Assembly (NCBI RefSeq): GCF_009914755.1
Contig: NC_060934.1
From: the human T2T-CHM13v2.0 reference genome, Homo sapiens
DNA: 64,000 bases
Strand: one strand, 5' to 3'
Shown: in pieces, positions 44,814 through 58,091 of the stretch
How positions within the stretch are numbered: position 1 is the first letter of the stretch
How the letters are laid out: every line of letters begins with the position of its first letter
Notes under the pieces: generated by a model
Databases searched by the model: none
The model's input: the letters and a program-made list of their open reading frames with translations, nothing else
What the model was told of the DNA's origin: nothing
Translations under genes and position numbers: made by a program

Positions 44814-45719
44814 CTGAAATGTTATACAAAAAGCTAAATTCTGCTGCAGAAAGCAGGGAGTGGGCACATTTTCAGGCTATGCTGCTTATAAATATCCTGT
44901 GTGACTTGATATTGGTGAGTGTTGGACACCTGCTTTGAGGCTGTGCATAGGAATCCTTCAGTATTTATGACTTTAAACATAATGGTTTGATTTGTAGTTG
45001 ACAAAAGAGTGGAGCTGCCTGACACAGCCTGACGTGGAATTTTTAAATGACTATTTGGACTTCTAAATCAGACAAATGGACTGGAAATGTATGATGACAT
45101 TAGGGGCCCTCATGCCAAGCACCTTATAATACTCTACTGTGGGGAAAGAAATCTCCTAGCAACATGACAGGTGTTGGGCGGAGCTGCAAACCACACTGTT
45201 GCTGACATGATGGAGCCTAGTTCTCCAAGATGTCAAAAGAGAGGATGAGCAACCACCCTAGCTGCCACAGTGACCAGCTTGATTTCGAAATTCTGTCAGT
45301 ATATGCACAATATATTACAATGTACTACACAACGTATACACTTCATTATTTTTTACTACAACCACATGGATTCAGAACTACTGGAACGTTATCAGTTATC
45401 AGTAGATTCAGAGAATCCAAAGGACTCCTTGCTTGGGACTTCCAGGGGAGTATGACTGGGTACAGGTGAACTGTCCCTTGTAGGATTCCCACAGTCTCCT
45501 TCCTGAGTGCCTGTAGTTGTCCATATAAATGCATGCTGGAGTTCGCCAGAGAGCCAGGCACTGCCTGGGAGGTGGAGAGCTGTAGAGGTGGGCATGGATT
45601 AATGGAGATGTACACTGCGTAGCAGCTACTCTTTATTTTAGGTCTGTAACTCCATGAGACAGGCCCTGGAGTAGTTCAGAATGGTACCACTTGGATTTTT
45701 GGAACATTGACAATTATAA

Positions 45720-45960
45720 ACATTAATCGTAATTGAAGGCATCCTATGCACCAGGCACTGCACTAAGATTTCCACACACATTCTTTAATTTGATGCTTAT
45801 ATCTGCCCTAGAGAGAAGGGACTTACTTTTGCCATTTTACAGAAAAGGAAATGGAGGTTCAAGGAGGTTAATTTAAATCTTGTGTCCAAGGTCACAGAGC
45901 TAGGAAGTAGTGACTGGGATTTAAACCCAGGGAGTATGATGCGAAAGTGTATGTTCAGAA
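45720..45960 (-). mobile_element. MIR
   Basis: ccattttacagaaaaggaaatggaggttc...ccaaggtcacagagctag. Confidence 0.75.
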
Positions 45961-46091
45961 TTTCTCTGCGGTGCTGGAAATGTTTAATGCCAAGGAAACA
46001 AAGGTTTGAGTTACAGAACAATAAAGCATCATATTTTATTAATGGTTTGTAAGAATTCTACTTCAAAAGGATGAACAATTATGAGCTTCTT

Positions 46092-46399
46092 TTTCTTTCT
46101 TTTTTATTTTAGTTTTTTTGAGACAGGGTCTAACTCTGTTGCCCAGGCTGGACTGCAGTGGCTTGATGATAGCTTAGGCCTGGGCTCAAGCAATCCTCCC
46201 ACCTCCACCTCCCTAGTAGCTGGGACTACAGGCAGTGCCACCACGCCCGGCTAATTTATTTTATTAATTTTTTTTTTTTGTAGAAATGGCGGGCTTGCTA
46301 TGCTGCCTAGGCTGGTCTCAAACTCCTGGCCTCAAGTGATCCTCCTGCCTTGGCTTCCCAAAGTGCTGGGATTACAGGCATGAGCCACTGTGACTGGCC
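46092..46399 (-). mobile_element. AluJ
   Basis: gagacagggtct...ctcaagcaatcctcccacc; TSD ttatgaRcttctt. Confidence 0.9.
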
Positions 46400-46592
46400 G
46401 GTTATGAACTTCTTAATTCTGGTACTTAATAAACATCTATACAACATATAAAGATATATATCTATATATTATGTATGATTACATCTTTATAACATGGTTA
46501 CATCTATATATTTTGTATGATTGCACCTCTCTCTCCATACACATGCACTTGCACACAAACACACACACACACTCAGGCACACACATGCATGG

Positions 46593-46930
46593 AGCCAGCC
46601 ATCTCTATCTGTGGGTTCCACATCTGTGGATTCAACCAACTGTAGATCAAAAATATTTGAAAAATAAAGGCATGACTGCTTCCGTTCTGAACATGTACAG
46701 ACTTTTTTCTTGTCATTATTCCCTAAACAGTAAACAACTACTTACACAGCATTTGCATTGTATTAGGTACCAGAAACACTCTACAGATAAGTTGAAGTAT
46801 ACAGGAGGATGTGCACAGATCTATGCAAATACGATGCCATTTTATATGAGGAATTTGAGCACTCATGGATTTGGCTGTCTGAGTTGGGGGGGTGGTCCTG
46901 GAACCAGTCCCTCACAGATACTGAGGGATG

Positions 46931-46934
<4 letters not shown>
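46593..46934. mobile_element. MER2 (TcMar-Tigger)
   Basis: gtgggttccacatctgtggattcaaccaac...ggtcctggaaccagtccc...gatactgagggatgact. Confidence 0.85.
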
Positions 46935-47006
<72 letters not shown>

Positions 47007-47044
47007 TGAGAGAGAGTGAGAGACAGAGAGAGAGAGAGAGAGAG
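46935..47044. repeat. Compound microsatellite (TG)21 followed by (AG)12 and degenerate AG
   Basis: Counted directly: TG 46935-46976, AG 46977-47000. Confidence 0.95.
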
Positions 47045-47717
47045 TGTATGTATGTATAATGGCCCCACATTCTACAAGGTGCTTATGGCTTATGCACTCT
47101 GGCAGTGTGGCTCCAGAGCTGTTTAAGCTATAGAAACTTTCTTTGTTATTCTCCTATGCAGCCACCAGACACCTCAGAGAGGGAATATCCTTTCAGATAG
47201 GTAGACCCATCCCTTAACGTATCATAGGGAAGGTTTAGAAAAATTCCTAGAAATAATAAGAAATTTATCCCCCACTTTCAGACATGGTTGGTGAAAACGA
47301 CAATTATGATTCCATAAATAAGTTACATAAGTCATTACCATAAACGATTTGACAAGCATGATCATTTTAGGTTTCCAGCACAACCTCGACAACAAATAGA
47401 ACTCAATGAGTTGAAACTATTACTGGGATTATTTTGAAATAAAGTAGCTGTTGTGCATGCTAGATCATCTGCAATACACAGATGTTGGAATATTATTCTT
47501 CCCTTCAACCAGCTGTATGTACATATGAATAATTAATTATTCAACTAAATCTAGCACCAGTTACACTGCGTGTATGCTCGCATACATATATGTTTACATA
47601 CATATGCATTTATCTTACACAAATAATGGATTTATTTACAGGTATCCATACAAATTTGTTTCTGTGTGTAGGAACATGTAACATTTCATTTCTTTGATGA
47701 AATAATGTTTGGATTAG

Positions 47718-48067
47718 TGATATGGTTTGGCTGTGCCCCACTCAAATCCCATCTTGAATTATAGCTCCCATAATTCCGTGTTGTGGGAGAGACCTGATGG
47801 GAGATATTCATGGGGGTGGTTCCCCCCAGACTATTCTAGTGATAGTGAATAAGTCTCATGAGATCTGATGATTTTATAAGGGGTTTCCCCTTTTCACTTG
47901 GTTCTCTCTCTCTTGCCTGCTGCCATGTAAGATGTGCCTTTTGTCTTCCACCATGATTGTGAGGCCTCCCAAGCCATGTGGAACTGTGAGTCCATTAAAC
48001 CTTTTTCTTTATAAATTACCCTATCTCTGGTATGTCTTCATTAGCAGCATGAAAATGGACTAATACA
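47718..48067 (+). mobile_element. THE1 solo LTR with TSD ATTAG
   Basis: tgatatggtttggctgtg...ggactaataca; attag at 47713-47717 and 48068-48072. Confidence 0.93.
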
Positions 48068-49639
48068 ATTAGTATAGTTTTTTAAATAATTGAAGGTTAA
48101 GTTGTGAAACTTTAAAATTTGAACCATTTTAATAGTGAAAGTATCCACATTTTACAAAGCGCTAAGTGCTCTAAGATGTTAGTAATTGTTAATATACCAA
48201 GTCCCAGAGCTTCCTGTTAATACCTGCTCTCTCAGAGATGGGGATGTCTGGTGTTTCTGAAAACAATGCCTCTCGTGATAGCGCAAGAGCCTGGGGCAGG
48301 CCCAGGGATATATCACTAAAATGCTGTGTGACCTTTGATACATCTCTCACCCTCTCTCACCCTCAGTCTCTTCATCCGTTACATGGGAGGAATTTGGAAT
48401 AGATGCTATTAAAAGCTTTTTCTTCTTCACGGAAACTCTGGGTTTTGAAAATCTTCAGATTACCTTAGCGTTTTTTGGCAAGAGTGTGTTCTAAGTCATT
48501 GCTTAAAGAAGAAATAGCAAAATGAACATCCTAAATAAAAAGAAACTATTTCCGGCTGCAGCAGATGACAGATTCCAGTGAGCAGCCCTGCCCAAACACC
48601 CTCAATGCCCTCAAAGTGTTCTGATGTTTGTAATCACCTATGACCTGCTATCTTCTTTTTGCTGAATATAACGTTAACATTTTTTGAAGTGATGGCTCTT
48701 TTTGGCAAACAACATTAGGGACCTTTAGAAAAAAACATTAAATTAGAATAAACTAAGAACACTTTTGGAACATGCATTTTTTCCCCTCATGGCTGATTTT
48801 TTAAAAAAGCCCGTTTCTGTGATTTCAACATTTATAATTAACTGCATGACAACAGAAAGACCTTTATTTATAGCACTTTAAAAATAATATAAGCAAAGCT
48901 TCATAAATAATGGAATCAAAAAATTTCTATCCTACCTGCTGGATATAGTTTCTTTTTTCTTAAAAAAAAAAAGAGTGATCAAAGAGAATATAATGCTACC
49001 CTAAACAATGTTCTATCTTGCAGTTTAGTTGGTGTAAAATTTTAATTGTGAAGATTAGCTGAGACTATTAGGCTTATAATTAGAGGCAGTCTCATAGAGA
49101 ATGAGAAAGTATCCTAGATCCAAAGCATTGCTTACTACAACCCAGGCATGCATTTTTAATGAACCACTTGCTGAGTACCTCTGGGGAGAGAATTATGCTT
49201 ACTGCTACATTAAAAGTAATGAGAAAAAATATAAGTAAGATACAATGTTTTCCTGAATATTAAATGACAAAAAAGTTAAATTAAAATCATTGGACATAGG
49301 CATATTTCACTCTTTTCTGGATATGCACATTAATTCTATTAATTCTCCAAAAAAGGCTGATTTTCATGGTGTGGGGGGTGGGAGGGTGGCTGGCATCAGA
49401 TTTTCAGATTTTCTCAAGATAATAGAAAGTTAAAAGGTGGCCTACAACAGCCAAATCCCAAGTGTGAACATGGACCTATGTTAATCATGGAGCATTAACT
49501 GAGTGCCTTTCCCCTACAACTATAACCACCTGTATTGTACTTTCCTAGTTCAGAAAGGGAACTGGGGGCTTTTTAACTTAGAGCTTTCCGGGGACAAATA
49601 CCCTTAACCCCGTATGGAAAGAATTTAACAAGAAAACTC

Positions 49640-49810
49640 TAGCATAATAGTCGCTAACATTTATTGAACATTTGTATGTTCTAGGCATCAAATTCAATGC
49701 TTTACACATGTCCTCTCATGCCTTCTCTGCCCTTTGACAAAGGTTTTCTTGTTATCCCCATTTTACAGATGAGGAAACAGGTTTAGAGTGAGCCACTTCC
49801 CCAACGTCAA
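49640..49810 (-). mobile_element. MIR
   Basis: gctaacatttattga...atccccattttacagatgaggaaac. Confidence 0.75.
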
Positions 49811-51280
49811 GCTGAGAGTATATTATAGTTTACACAGGAAATAAAGTGAAGGGACGGGAAGGGGCGAGAATGTCGACAGCTCATTGCATTTTCAATATAC
49901 TGGCTAAAGGAATTGTGGCACAGGTCTTCAGTGGCATGGTTCCGTGGTCTTTGTCTTTTGAGCTGGTCTGAATGTATACAAACCTATTAGCCTCAACTCC
50001 AGTTCTAAGTGGTGAGGGACCTCATCTCTCCAGCAGGGTGTGCTAAACAGGTGGCCTCCTCCAGGAGAGGCCATCAAACAACCATATACATGTGCATTCA
50101 CATTCGCTGCCAAGTTTTTGTTTTGGTCACCTCTACTGCACATTTTAATCTGGAGACGATTACAGACCATTCTTGGAAGGGATAAAGGAGATTAGCATTC
50201 GTGAGGTCAGCTCTGACAGTGTCCCTTTGTGCCTGCGTTCCTGACCTCGATCAACTTCTCCCTACTCTGTGAATAGCAGGTCCTCTGCTGCACAATCAGC
50301 ATGCACTTCAGTGAGCTGGACAAAGAAGGGGAGCAATCCTCCCAGCTCTTTATCTCCAGAGATTGCTGAAGTCAGTCAAATACCAACTGGATGAGGTTTT
50401 ACAAATTGGTGGCTACCCTAGCTTTTTTCTGGATACAAGAGGTAAAGAATACCATCACTACCAACAACATCAGAATAAGTCCAGCGGCAGCTACTATTTA
50501 TTGAATGCTTCTGAACTGCTTTGCAAGTAATGACTCTTACACCCCACAACCACAGTATGGGTTATAACTGTGTTTTCCAGATCAGGATACTAGAGCCAAG
50601 AAAGGTTAAGTCACTTGCCCAAGTCACTTGTAAGTGGAGGAGTTGAGATTTGAGTCCCACAGTCCTGTAACTGTGCAGATTCCATGTGCTGCAGTTGTCT
50701 CAGTAATGATGCTCCAAAACACCTTTGACCCAAGCTCAGGAGAGATTTTCATTAGTCACAGGTGAGAGTCTCCTGGTTTAGAAAGGCTGTTAGACACCAT
50801 AAGAGGCCATCAGGATAACTCTAATATTTTTTCCCTGAAAAGCAGATAGCCTTTTGCTGGGGGGTTGGTTTAGGAGCAGCTGCAGTTTGTTATGGGTGCA
50901 TGAGAGTGGCCTAGTGATCTTCTCAGCCCCTGCTATCCAAGGCTTGTGATTCTAGGATTCTATTTCCCTACTTGGGGATGCAAATGCAGGCTCCTGGGTC
51001 ACAATGGGAGTGCTCGAATTTCTTGTGCTAGTGCCTCATGTGAAAAGTTAGCTATTGTTTTTTGCATTTCTTTGAAAAGTTTGGAAAGATGCTGAGACAA
51101 GTAAAACAAGCCTCTTAGGACAATAAACTGGGTGGGTGTACCCATGTTTTCATTTTTACTTTTTTAAAAAAGATGTTAAAAATACTTGCAAAACTCCACA
51201 AAAATGCTTGCTCACTCCTAAAGTTAGAAGTGCTTGAATTGAATTTTTTTCTTTTCCAACAGTTTGTAAAAAGACAAAGA

Positions 51281-52087
51281 GGCTGTACTCCCATGTTAAC
51301 TGTAGCACTATTCACAATAGCCAAGATATGGAGTCTGCCTAACTGTCCATCAACAGATGGATGAATAAGAAAATGTGGTACTTATACACAATGGGATACT
51401 ATATAGCCCTAAAAAAGAGGAAAATTCTGTCATTCAAGACAACATGCATGAACCTAAAGGATATTATGTTAAGTGAAATAAGCCAGGTACAGAGAGACAA
51501 ATATCACAGTATTGCACTTATATGTGGAATCTAAAAACGTTGAACTCCAAAGTAGAGAGTAGAAGAGTGATTACCAGAGGCTGGGATTAGGGGGTGAATG
51601 GGGAAAGGAAAGCCATCTGTCAAATATACAAAGTTTCACTTAGATGGGAGGAATAAATTCTAGTGTACATTTTTTTTGTCCTTTTTTTTTTAGAGACAGG
51701 TTCTCACTCTGTCTCCTGGGGTGGAGTACAGTGGCACAATCATAGCTCACTGTAGCTTTGAACTCCTGGGCTCAAGTGTTCCTCTCACTTCAGTCTCCCA
51801 AGTACCTAGGACCACAGTTGCATATAGTCTAATGCACCTGTAACTTTTTTGTGGTGTTCTATTGCACAGTATGGTGACTATGGTGGACAATAATGTATCG
51901 TATATTTCAAAATAGCTAAAAGACGATTTTAAATGTTCTCATCACAAAGAAATGGTAAACATCTGAGGTGATGGATAGGCTAATTAACCCGATTTGATCA
52001 TTCCACAGTATATGTATATTGAAACATCATGTACCCCATAACTATGTATAATAATTATTATTTGTCAGTTAAAAGTAAAACAACAAG
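51281..52087 (+). mobile_element. 5'-truncated L1MA 3' end with 11-bp TSD
   Basis: gcactattcacaatagccaagatatgg...; TSD aaagacaaaga at 51270-51280 and 52088-52098. Confidence 0.85.
51670..51850 (-). mobile_element. Alu right-arm monomer (FRAM/AluJ) inside the L1
   Basis: Poly(T) followed by agagacagg...aactcctgggctcaagtg. Confidence 0.75.
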
Positions 52088-52867
52088 AAAGACAAAGACA
52101 CAGGGTATCCAAGATGCTGTTTGCTCTTCTCTAAGCATATGTCTCTTCTAGAGATAGAGCCAGGGGCTGACAAGTGATGCAGCTGCTTCCGCTAGACCTA
52201 AGTACCTTGAGAGGTGTGTTCAGGGGAGTAAACATTTGCTCCATTACTGTTGCCCTAAAGTTAACAAACCCTCATATCCCCTCAACACAGGCAGAGTCAG
52301 GGCAGAGCCTTAGACAGTATTGTAGCACATGGTAACCTGAAGGACAATCTAGTGCATCCCTCAGCTTGCAGATGAGGAGGTTGAGGCACAGGAATGCGGC
52401 TTCTCAAGGTCCCCTGTCTGGTTAGGGGCATAGCTAAGCCCAGGACTTAGGTGGCTGAAGAACTCTTTTCCCTTTCTGAACTACTGGGAGACATGCTCCT
52501 CTTGTACTTGGTTTTGATAGTACCATGCCTGGTGACATTTGCCAAGAGGTACAGCTGATCTTGTCTTCATGGATGAGGACGGCTCTGAGGATGAAAAGAT
52601 ATATGGCATGTAAAGCACCCAGGTGCCCCCACACCAGTGACCAATAAACAATAGCTCCTCAAAACTGCAGATCTAAGAAAAAGGTGACCAAACCCTCAAG
52701 CACTACTAAGGAGCAATAGCTCCTTATGATTATGACTAACAGTATGATGACCACTCATGGAGCCAGTTTAAGGATTAAAGTCATCTGGCTGTTTACCCAC
52801 TTTATATAAATACACAGGCACACATACATTCATAAAGACACCACTATGCTTTTAGGAAGGCACGTAC

Positions 52868-52986
52868 CTCACTGTTGGCACTTTCCACAAATGACCCCCC
52901 GAACATGGCTGCCATCCACTCACAGCTACAGATCAGCAGCGGCTTGTGGGCACTGATGGCTCCATCGTCCAATTTAAATGTCACGT
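52868..52986 (-). CDS. RHOBTB1: RHOBTB1 exon (119 nt): start of second BTB domain, [18 protein letters not shown]...ESANSE
   Basis: Part of ORF 52844..53068. Acceptor cccttggcag|AC, donor GAG|gtacgt; phase 1 to 0 fits neighbours. Confidence 0.96.
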
Positions 52987-53458
52987 CTGCCAAGGGATTG
53001 AGGAAACACAACCATGAGCCAACTTTGCTGAGAGCTTCAACCAAGGCTTCTGCTCCCATAGCCACCAAACTGCGACTCCCTTACTCTCTCTTGCATGTCT
53101 TTACTTACTGATTTTATGTCAATCCCCATCTTTGAGCTTTGACACACCCAGCTCCCACCTAAGGCAGCATGCTGTATTTGACATCATCACACATAAAGTC
53201 ACGGCACAAACTCTCTGAACCAGAAAGTAATAGAAAGGAGGGAATATTTTTTCCTCCTTGCTATGCAAAACTTCAAGCATATAAAACAGTGGAACGAACA
53301 GTATGATGACCACTCATTTATCCTTGTTAACATTTTGGCATGTTTGTTTTACGTATATTTTTAATTTACACCATTTTACTTATTAATACTCAATTAAACC
53401 TTACATTTATAATATGCTCTACTCGTATGCTATACCAAAATGTAACCGAATTACTGTT

Positions 53459-53597
53459 TTTTTTAAGAGATGTCGGGGGGGGGGTGGTCTGGCTATGTTG
53501 TCCAGGCTGGATTTAAACTGCCGGGTTCCAGCAATCCTACTGTCTCAGTCTCTGAAGTAGCTGGGACTGTGGGCAAATTAGCCACCATGCCTGGCTA
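53459..53597 (-). mobile_element. FLAM-like Alu monomer
   Basis: gctatgttgtccaggctgg...gtagctgggact...gccaccatgcctggc. Confidence 0.7.
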
Positions 53598-54625
53598 TAT
53601 GTGTATTTTTGTATAATTTTGTGTATGTGTATAGACTTTTTTTTTTTTACAGATAGCATGGCACTTCACTCCTAACTACCTTATCACAAGTTTTCCCAAA
53701 ATAACAACAGTCTCCTAAATAACCATACTATGATTACACCTAAGAAAATTAAAAATAATTCCCTATTATCATCCACTATATTGTTCATATTCAAATTTCT
53801 CCAATTATCCCTAAATCGTATTTCATAGCTTTAAAAAAAAAAAAACAGAATCCAATTGAGACTCCCACATTGTATTTGATTATTATGCCTCTCCAGTAAG
53901 GAGGAGGTGATTTAATCAACTCTACCTAAAGCTCACTGTTTAAGTTACTGTAGGTTTGTAACATATTCTTTTCATTAATTTTCAAGACTGTTTCTGTAAC
54001 ACAATGGCCAGTGTTTGAAGTAAATACTACTCATAAGCTTTAAAATGAATGAACTGAGTCTTTAGGAACCACTTACTAAATGTGTAATGCCCTGGCAGGG
54101 ATTATAAAAGATAAAGACAAAGGTAGAGGTATCCATATAAATAGAAGTCAGGAAGTCAACATTTTACGATGAAATTACACACACCCACACACCAGCCCAG
54201 AGAACAATTTCAGAACAAAAATAGTCCAAGTGTAAGACAGTACAAGCATGGGTCAATAACCCATATTGGATGCGGGCCACCAGCATGCTTAACAATTATG
54301 AAAGTGTGCTGCGGGCAGCATATGGCATAGTTATCAAAGGCAAAGGAGGTGCAGGAAAACTACAGAAGTGCAGGGCCAAGGAGCATGAGGACGGAAAAGG
54401 AGAGGGGATGGAAACAGATGAGACACCCCTTGTAGGAAGATGGAGGGCCACCAAAATTGCCTCAAGGACTTTAGTGGCCTCAGGACTTGAGATCACTGAT
54501 TTTTGTCATGGGTCAGTGCTGAAGGGTCAATGGAGAATAGAATTGGTCAGAGAATAGATTCTGAAGGGGAATTGTATGCAACAAGCCCACTGGAGATAGG
54601 CTTGGGGTCCCTGATCCACTCTTGA

Positions 54626-54880
54626 GGAGCAGTGTGGTACCATGGTGGTTTATGGAACAGGTTTTGATACCCACAAGAGCATGGGTTCAAATCCTGGCTC
54701 TACCATTTATTGCTGGTGTGACCATGGGCAGATTACCTAACCTCTCTGTCCCTTGGTTTCTCCACCTGCAAAATGGAGACAATCAAATTTAACCTTTAAG
54801 TCTGATGAGGATTAAAGAAGTTAATGCCTGTAGCTTAGAAAGGTACATGGGAAAAAATAAGTACGTATAAATGTTAGCTA
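54626..54880 (+). mobile_element. MIR ~90 nt from the large-exon donor
   Basis: gggttcaaatcctggctctacca...tgtgaccatgggcag...taacctctctg...taaatgttagcta. Confidence 0.85.
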
Positions 54881-54968
54881 TCGTTCTTCTTTCTCCTGCT
54901 CATGTCTGGCTAACGTTCAATGAAACACAATCAAAGGTATTAATGGCTCTGCCCCGCGGCCCACTCAC

Positions 54969-55942
54969 CCGAGAACGTTCCCTTGCTGAGACACTCTTTT
55001 ATCCGATTGGCTTTCCTTACGTGAAAGGCTTTCGTAATCTCCTGGTTCATGAAGGCTTCCTTGTTCATGATGTTTTCCACCATCATCCTCAAATCGAACA
55101 TCTCGAGGACCTCTGCGATCTGAGCCAGGCCCACCAAATCCTTTTCCTTTTCATCCAGTTGTCCCGTATAAAGAAACTGGAGCAGGGTCCGAAAAGGGCC
55201 TGGCTGGACTGAAGCGTCCATCCTGACCACAGTCATGGGCCCCATCCGCTTTGAAATGGGGTTGACTTGCATTTCCCTGTGCATGCCAATGAACCCCTTA
55301 CTCCATCCGGTCAAAGTCTGTGTCTCAGGAACTGCACCCTCGGCTTCCAGCCCCAGAGCCTCCACCAGGCTCTTGTTTGAAGACTTCCACTGGTCGGCCT
55401 GAGGAATCCTAGGCGGGCCCTCCTCCCTTTCTTCCTCTGGGTCGACACTCAATATCCGCCCCTGGAAATCTCTGCTCTGCTTCTCTTTCTCACAGGCTCC
55501 TTCACTCCCATTTGGGGATTCTTCACATTCCATTAAAAACAGATCATAAAATTTGGAAGAAGAGGTAGCGAGGTAAATTCGATGTGCAAAGATGTGTTCC
55601 TGGTCCTGAAGGATGAACAGAACATCGGCACATAGAGGATTGTCCAGTAAACAGGCAGCTTCATTTGTCCCCATGGAAGGACACTCTGGAATTTTGATGA
55701 CCGGTGGAGGGGCTTTTGGAGGTAGGAAGGGTGCCTGAAGTAAAGGTTTCTGGACTTTCTTTAGGTGGGATTTCCAGAATTGCAGGTGCCTGCGGGAAAT
55801 CAGCGCTGCTCGGATTGCATTGTCAAACACATCCTTGATACCAAACTGGTCAAACACGCTTGTTTCATAGTATGGTAAGCCAAGTTCCTTTGCTACCTCT
55901 CGGCCTTTTTCTGGGGGCAAAATATCCCCTCTCTTTATGGGC
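54969..55942 (-). CDS. RHOBTB1: RHOBTB1 large exon (974 nt): end of GTPase domain, Pro-rich linker, split first BTB domain
   Basis: ORF 54940..55956 ([13 protein letters not shown]...[11 protein letters not shown]...[10 protein letters not shown]...ADVLFIL...FAHRIYLA...FLYTG). Acceptor tatttcag|G, donor TCGG|gtgagt. Confidence 0.98.
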
Positions 55943-56149
55943 CTGAAATAGAACATTTTAAAAATTATAATCAGCCTTGTTTTAGGAAAAAAACAGTAAC
56001 AAGGGCCTATCTAAGCACCTAATGGAACTATACACTGAAAACTCCAGTCAGGCTTTTAGTCTCTGGAAAAATCTGCCACCACCTCAAGTCTTTGAACTAT
56101 AAAGGAGTTATGATTGAAGGAAAAAATAATGCTTTCAAATATTTCAGAG

Positions 56150-56410
56150 TTTCAATGCACATAATTTGTGAAGCTTATCCATAAATATTCCATGTTTTTA
56201 TGTTATTATAAATGGCATTGTTTTTTAAATTTTATTTTCCAATTGTTCATTTCTTAGTTTATATAAATAAAATTGATTTTTGTGTATTGACCTTTTATCC
56301 TATTATTTTGCTAAATTAATAGGTTAATTCTGATAGCTTTTTTTGTAGATTCCTTAGAACTTTTCATTTACATGACCATGTGCCTAAATAGAGAGTGTTT
56401 TACTTCTTTA
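56150..56410 (-). mobile_element. Old L1M fragment
   Basis: ttccaattgttca...aattgatttttgtgtattgacctt...gtagattccttag. Confidence 0.65.
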
Positions 56411-56449
56411 AAAAAAAATGCTGTCAGCCGTAACCACAGTAACTGAAGG

Positions 56450-56650
56450 ATCATCACTTTACTAGCTATTTAATCTTGGGTAAGTTACTTAACCTCATTA
56501 AACATTAGTTTTTCCATCTGTAAGACAGGAATAATAATAACAATGAGTAATTATATCTTGAAGGACTATTGAAATGTTTAAATTATTAGCATGGCAATGC
56601 TAAGCATAGTATTTTGTCGACAGTAAGTGCCTGATAAATGTTAGCTGTTA
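56450..56650 (+). mobile_element. MIR
   Basis: cttgggtaagttacttaacctc...ccatctgtaa...ataaatgttagctg. Confidence 0.72.
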
Positions 56651-56744
56651 TCATCATTATCACTACTCTCTTCATCACCTTCATCTTTATCAACAGCATC
56701 TCATACTTGAATTTTACTTTATAACTTTAAAATCCATTCATATA

Positions 56745-56930
56745 CATTTTTCATGTAAGCCTCACAATAGCCCTGTGAGGTATTATTTCTGTTCTACATT
56801 CTGAGGAAACTGAGGCAGAAAGGTTAAAGGGTTTGTCTGAAGTCACATTTTCAGGCTGCTGAGAGACCTCTATTAAGCAATTAGAGTCAAGACTTTCCCA
56901 CTTCTAGTTAAATGATCCACTTCCTACAGC
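56745..56930 (-). mobile_element. MIR
   Basis: cctcacaatagccctgtgagg...tgaggaaactgaggcagaaaggttaa. Confidence 0.7.
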
Positions 56931-58091
56931 TCTTCTCTGTTGGATTTGTGAATTCTCTTTCAAATCTTTGCCTTCTTTTTTCCTCCAATCCCTTCTTCAA
57001 GCCTTCTTTTGCTTGGACTGGTGCATTAGCCCCTTAACTAATCTTTCTTCACACCCACTCCTCACATTTTAGTCCACAGTCCTCACTGCTGCAAGAAAAG
57101 TCTTTACATAACACAACTATGACCTGGCGGCAGTTCTGTTTTAACTTCCTCTGATGTCACAAAGCCCCTGGAATAAAGTCCATACCCTTTAGGCTGGCAC
57201 ACAAGGCCCATTTACAACCTAATCAAACCCTGGGAGGACAAATCTTTGGAAACAGTAGATGCAGTACAGTGCTGGGGTTATGGCATAACCATGGCAAAGG
57301 CATAGATGGGTTCCAGAACACAGGCAGGAAGTGCTTTATTGTGACACACATCACAAAGTATTGATTCTAACACACACCCTTAGGAACTTACCTTCTTATA
57401 TAAATATTTGGCCTTTAACACCAAAGATAATATATAGGACAGACACTGGTCTTAGGAGGAAAAAGATAATACTGGATAGAATTTGGATTTGACGACTTAG
57501 ATGAAAAGGAGGGAAAATTATAGGGTGTTGACAAAGGTGGAAGGGAAGTTCAGGGAAGAAGGTTTAACTCAAAAGTTCGCTCCTGAGAGCATTGTGTTCC
57601 TTGTTCTTAAGACTGACTTGAAATTTACCAACTGATGAAACTCTTCAAGGCTTAGCTCAAATACAAACTCCTTCACAAAATCTTCTTAGAATTGCTCTGT
57701 AGAAGGCACTGTCCCCTCCACTGTTCTCTATAGCTCTGCAACTCTCCTCCAGTCCATGATTGTGAGGACTGATTATCATAACCTATTTTTATACAGAAAG
57801 TTGCTGAGGCCAGGACAGTCTCTCATTTACTGTGGACTTCTTAACCTCTACATGGCCCCTAATATTCAATTCCTAGTCCATGCACTGAAGAACAGAAGGA
57901 TTGTGAAAACTGAATATAAAGTGTTTTTAGAAATTTAATGCAAAACATACCTAGAACGTCAGAAATTGTCTAAAGAAAGTACCATTTACTATTGCTTGGA
58001 GAGCATAAAAAGTTGTGTCAATATAAAATTTTGTAATAAGCCTATTAGGTAAATGTCAAAATAAGGGATTTTTGTTGTTGTTGCTGTTTGC

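Noticed and set aside
46471-47068. 168-aa and 95-aa ORFs
   Set aside because: Run through MER2 and dinucleotide repeats; no protein-like content.
52987-53068. In-frame intronic ORF extension ([10 protein letters not shown]...) upstream of the BTB2 exon
   Set aside because: Short open frame expected by chance; no promoter evidence; resemblance to exonic SLVEAL is too short to mean anything.
54871-55212. 113-aa ORF antisense to the large RHOBTB1 exon
   Set aside because: Expected shadow ORF opposite coding sequence; begins in a MIR.
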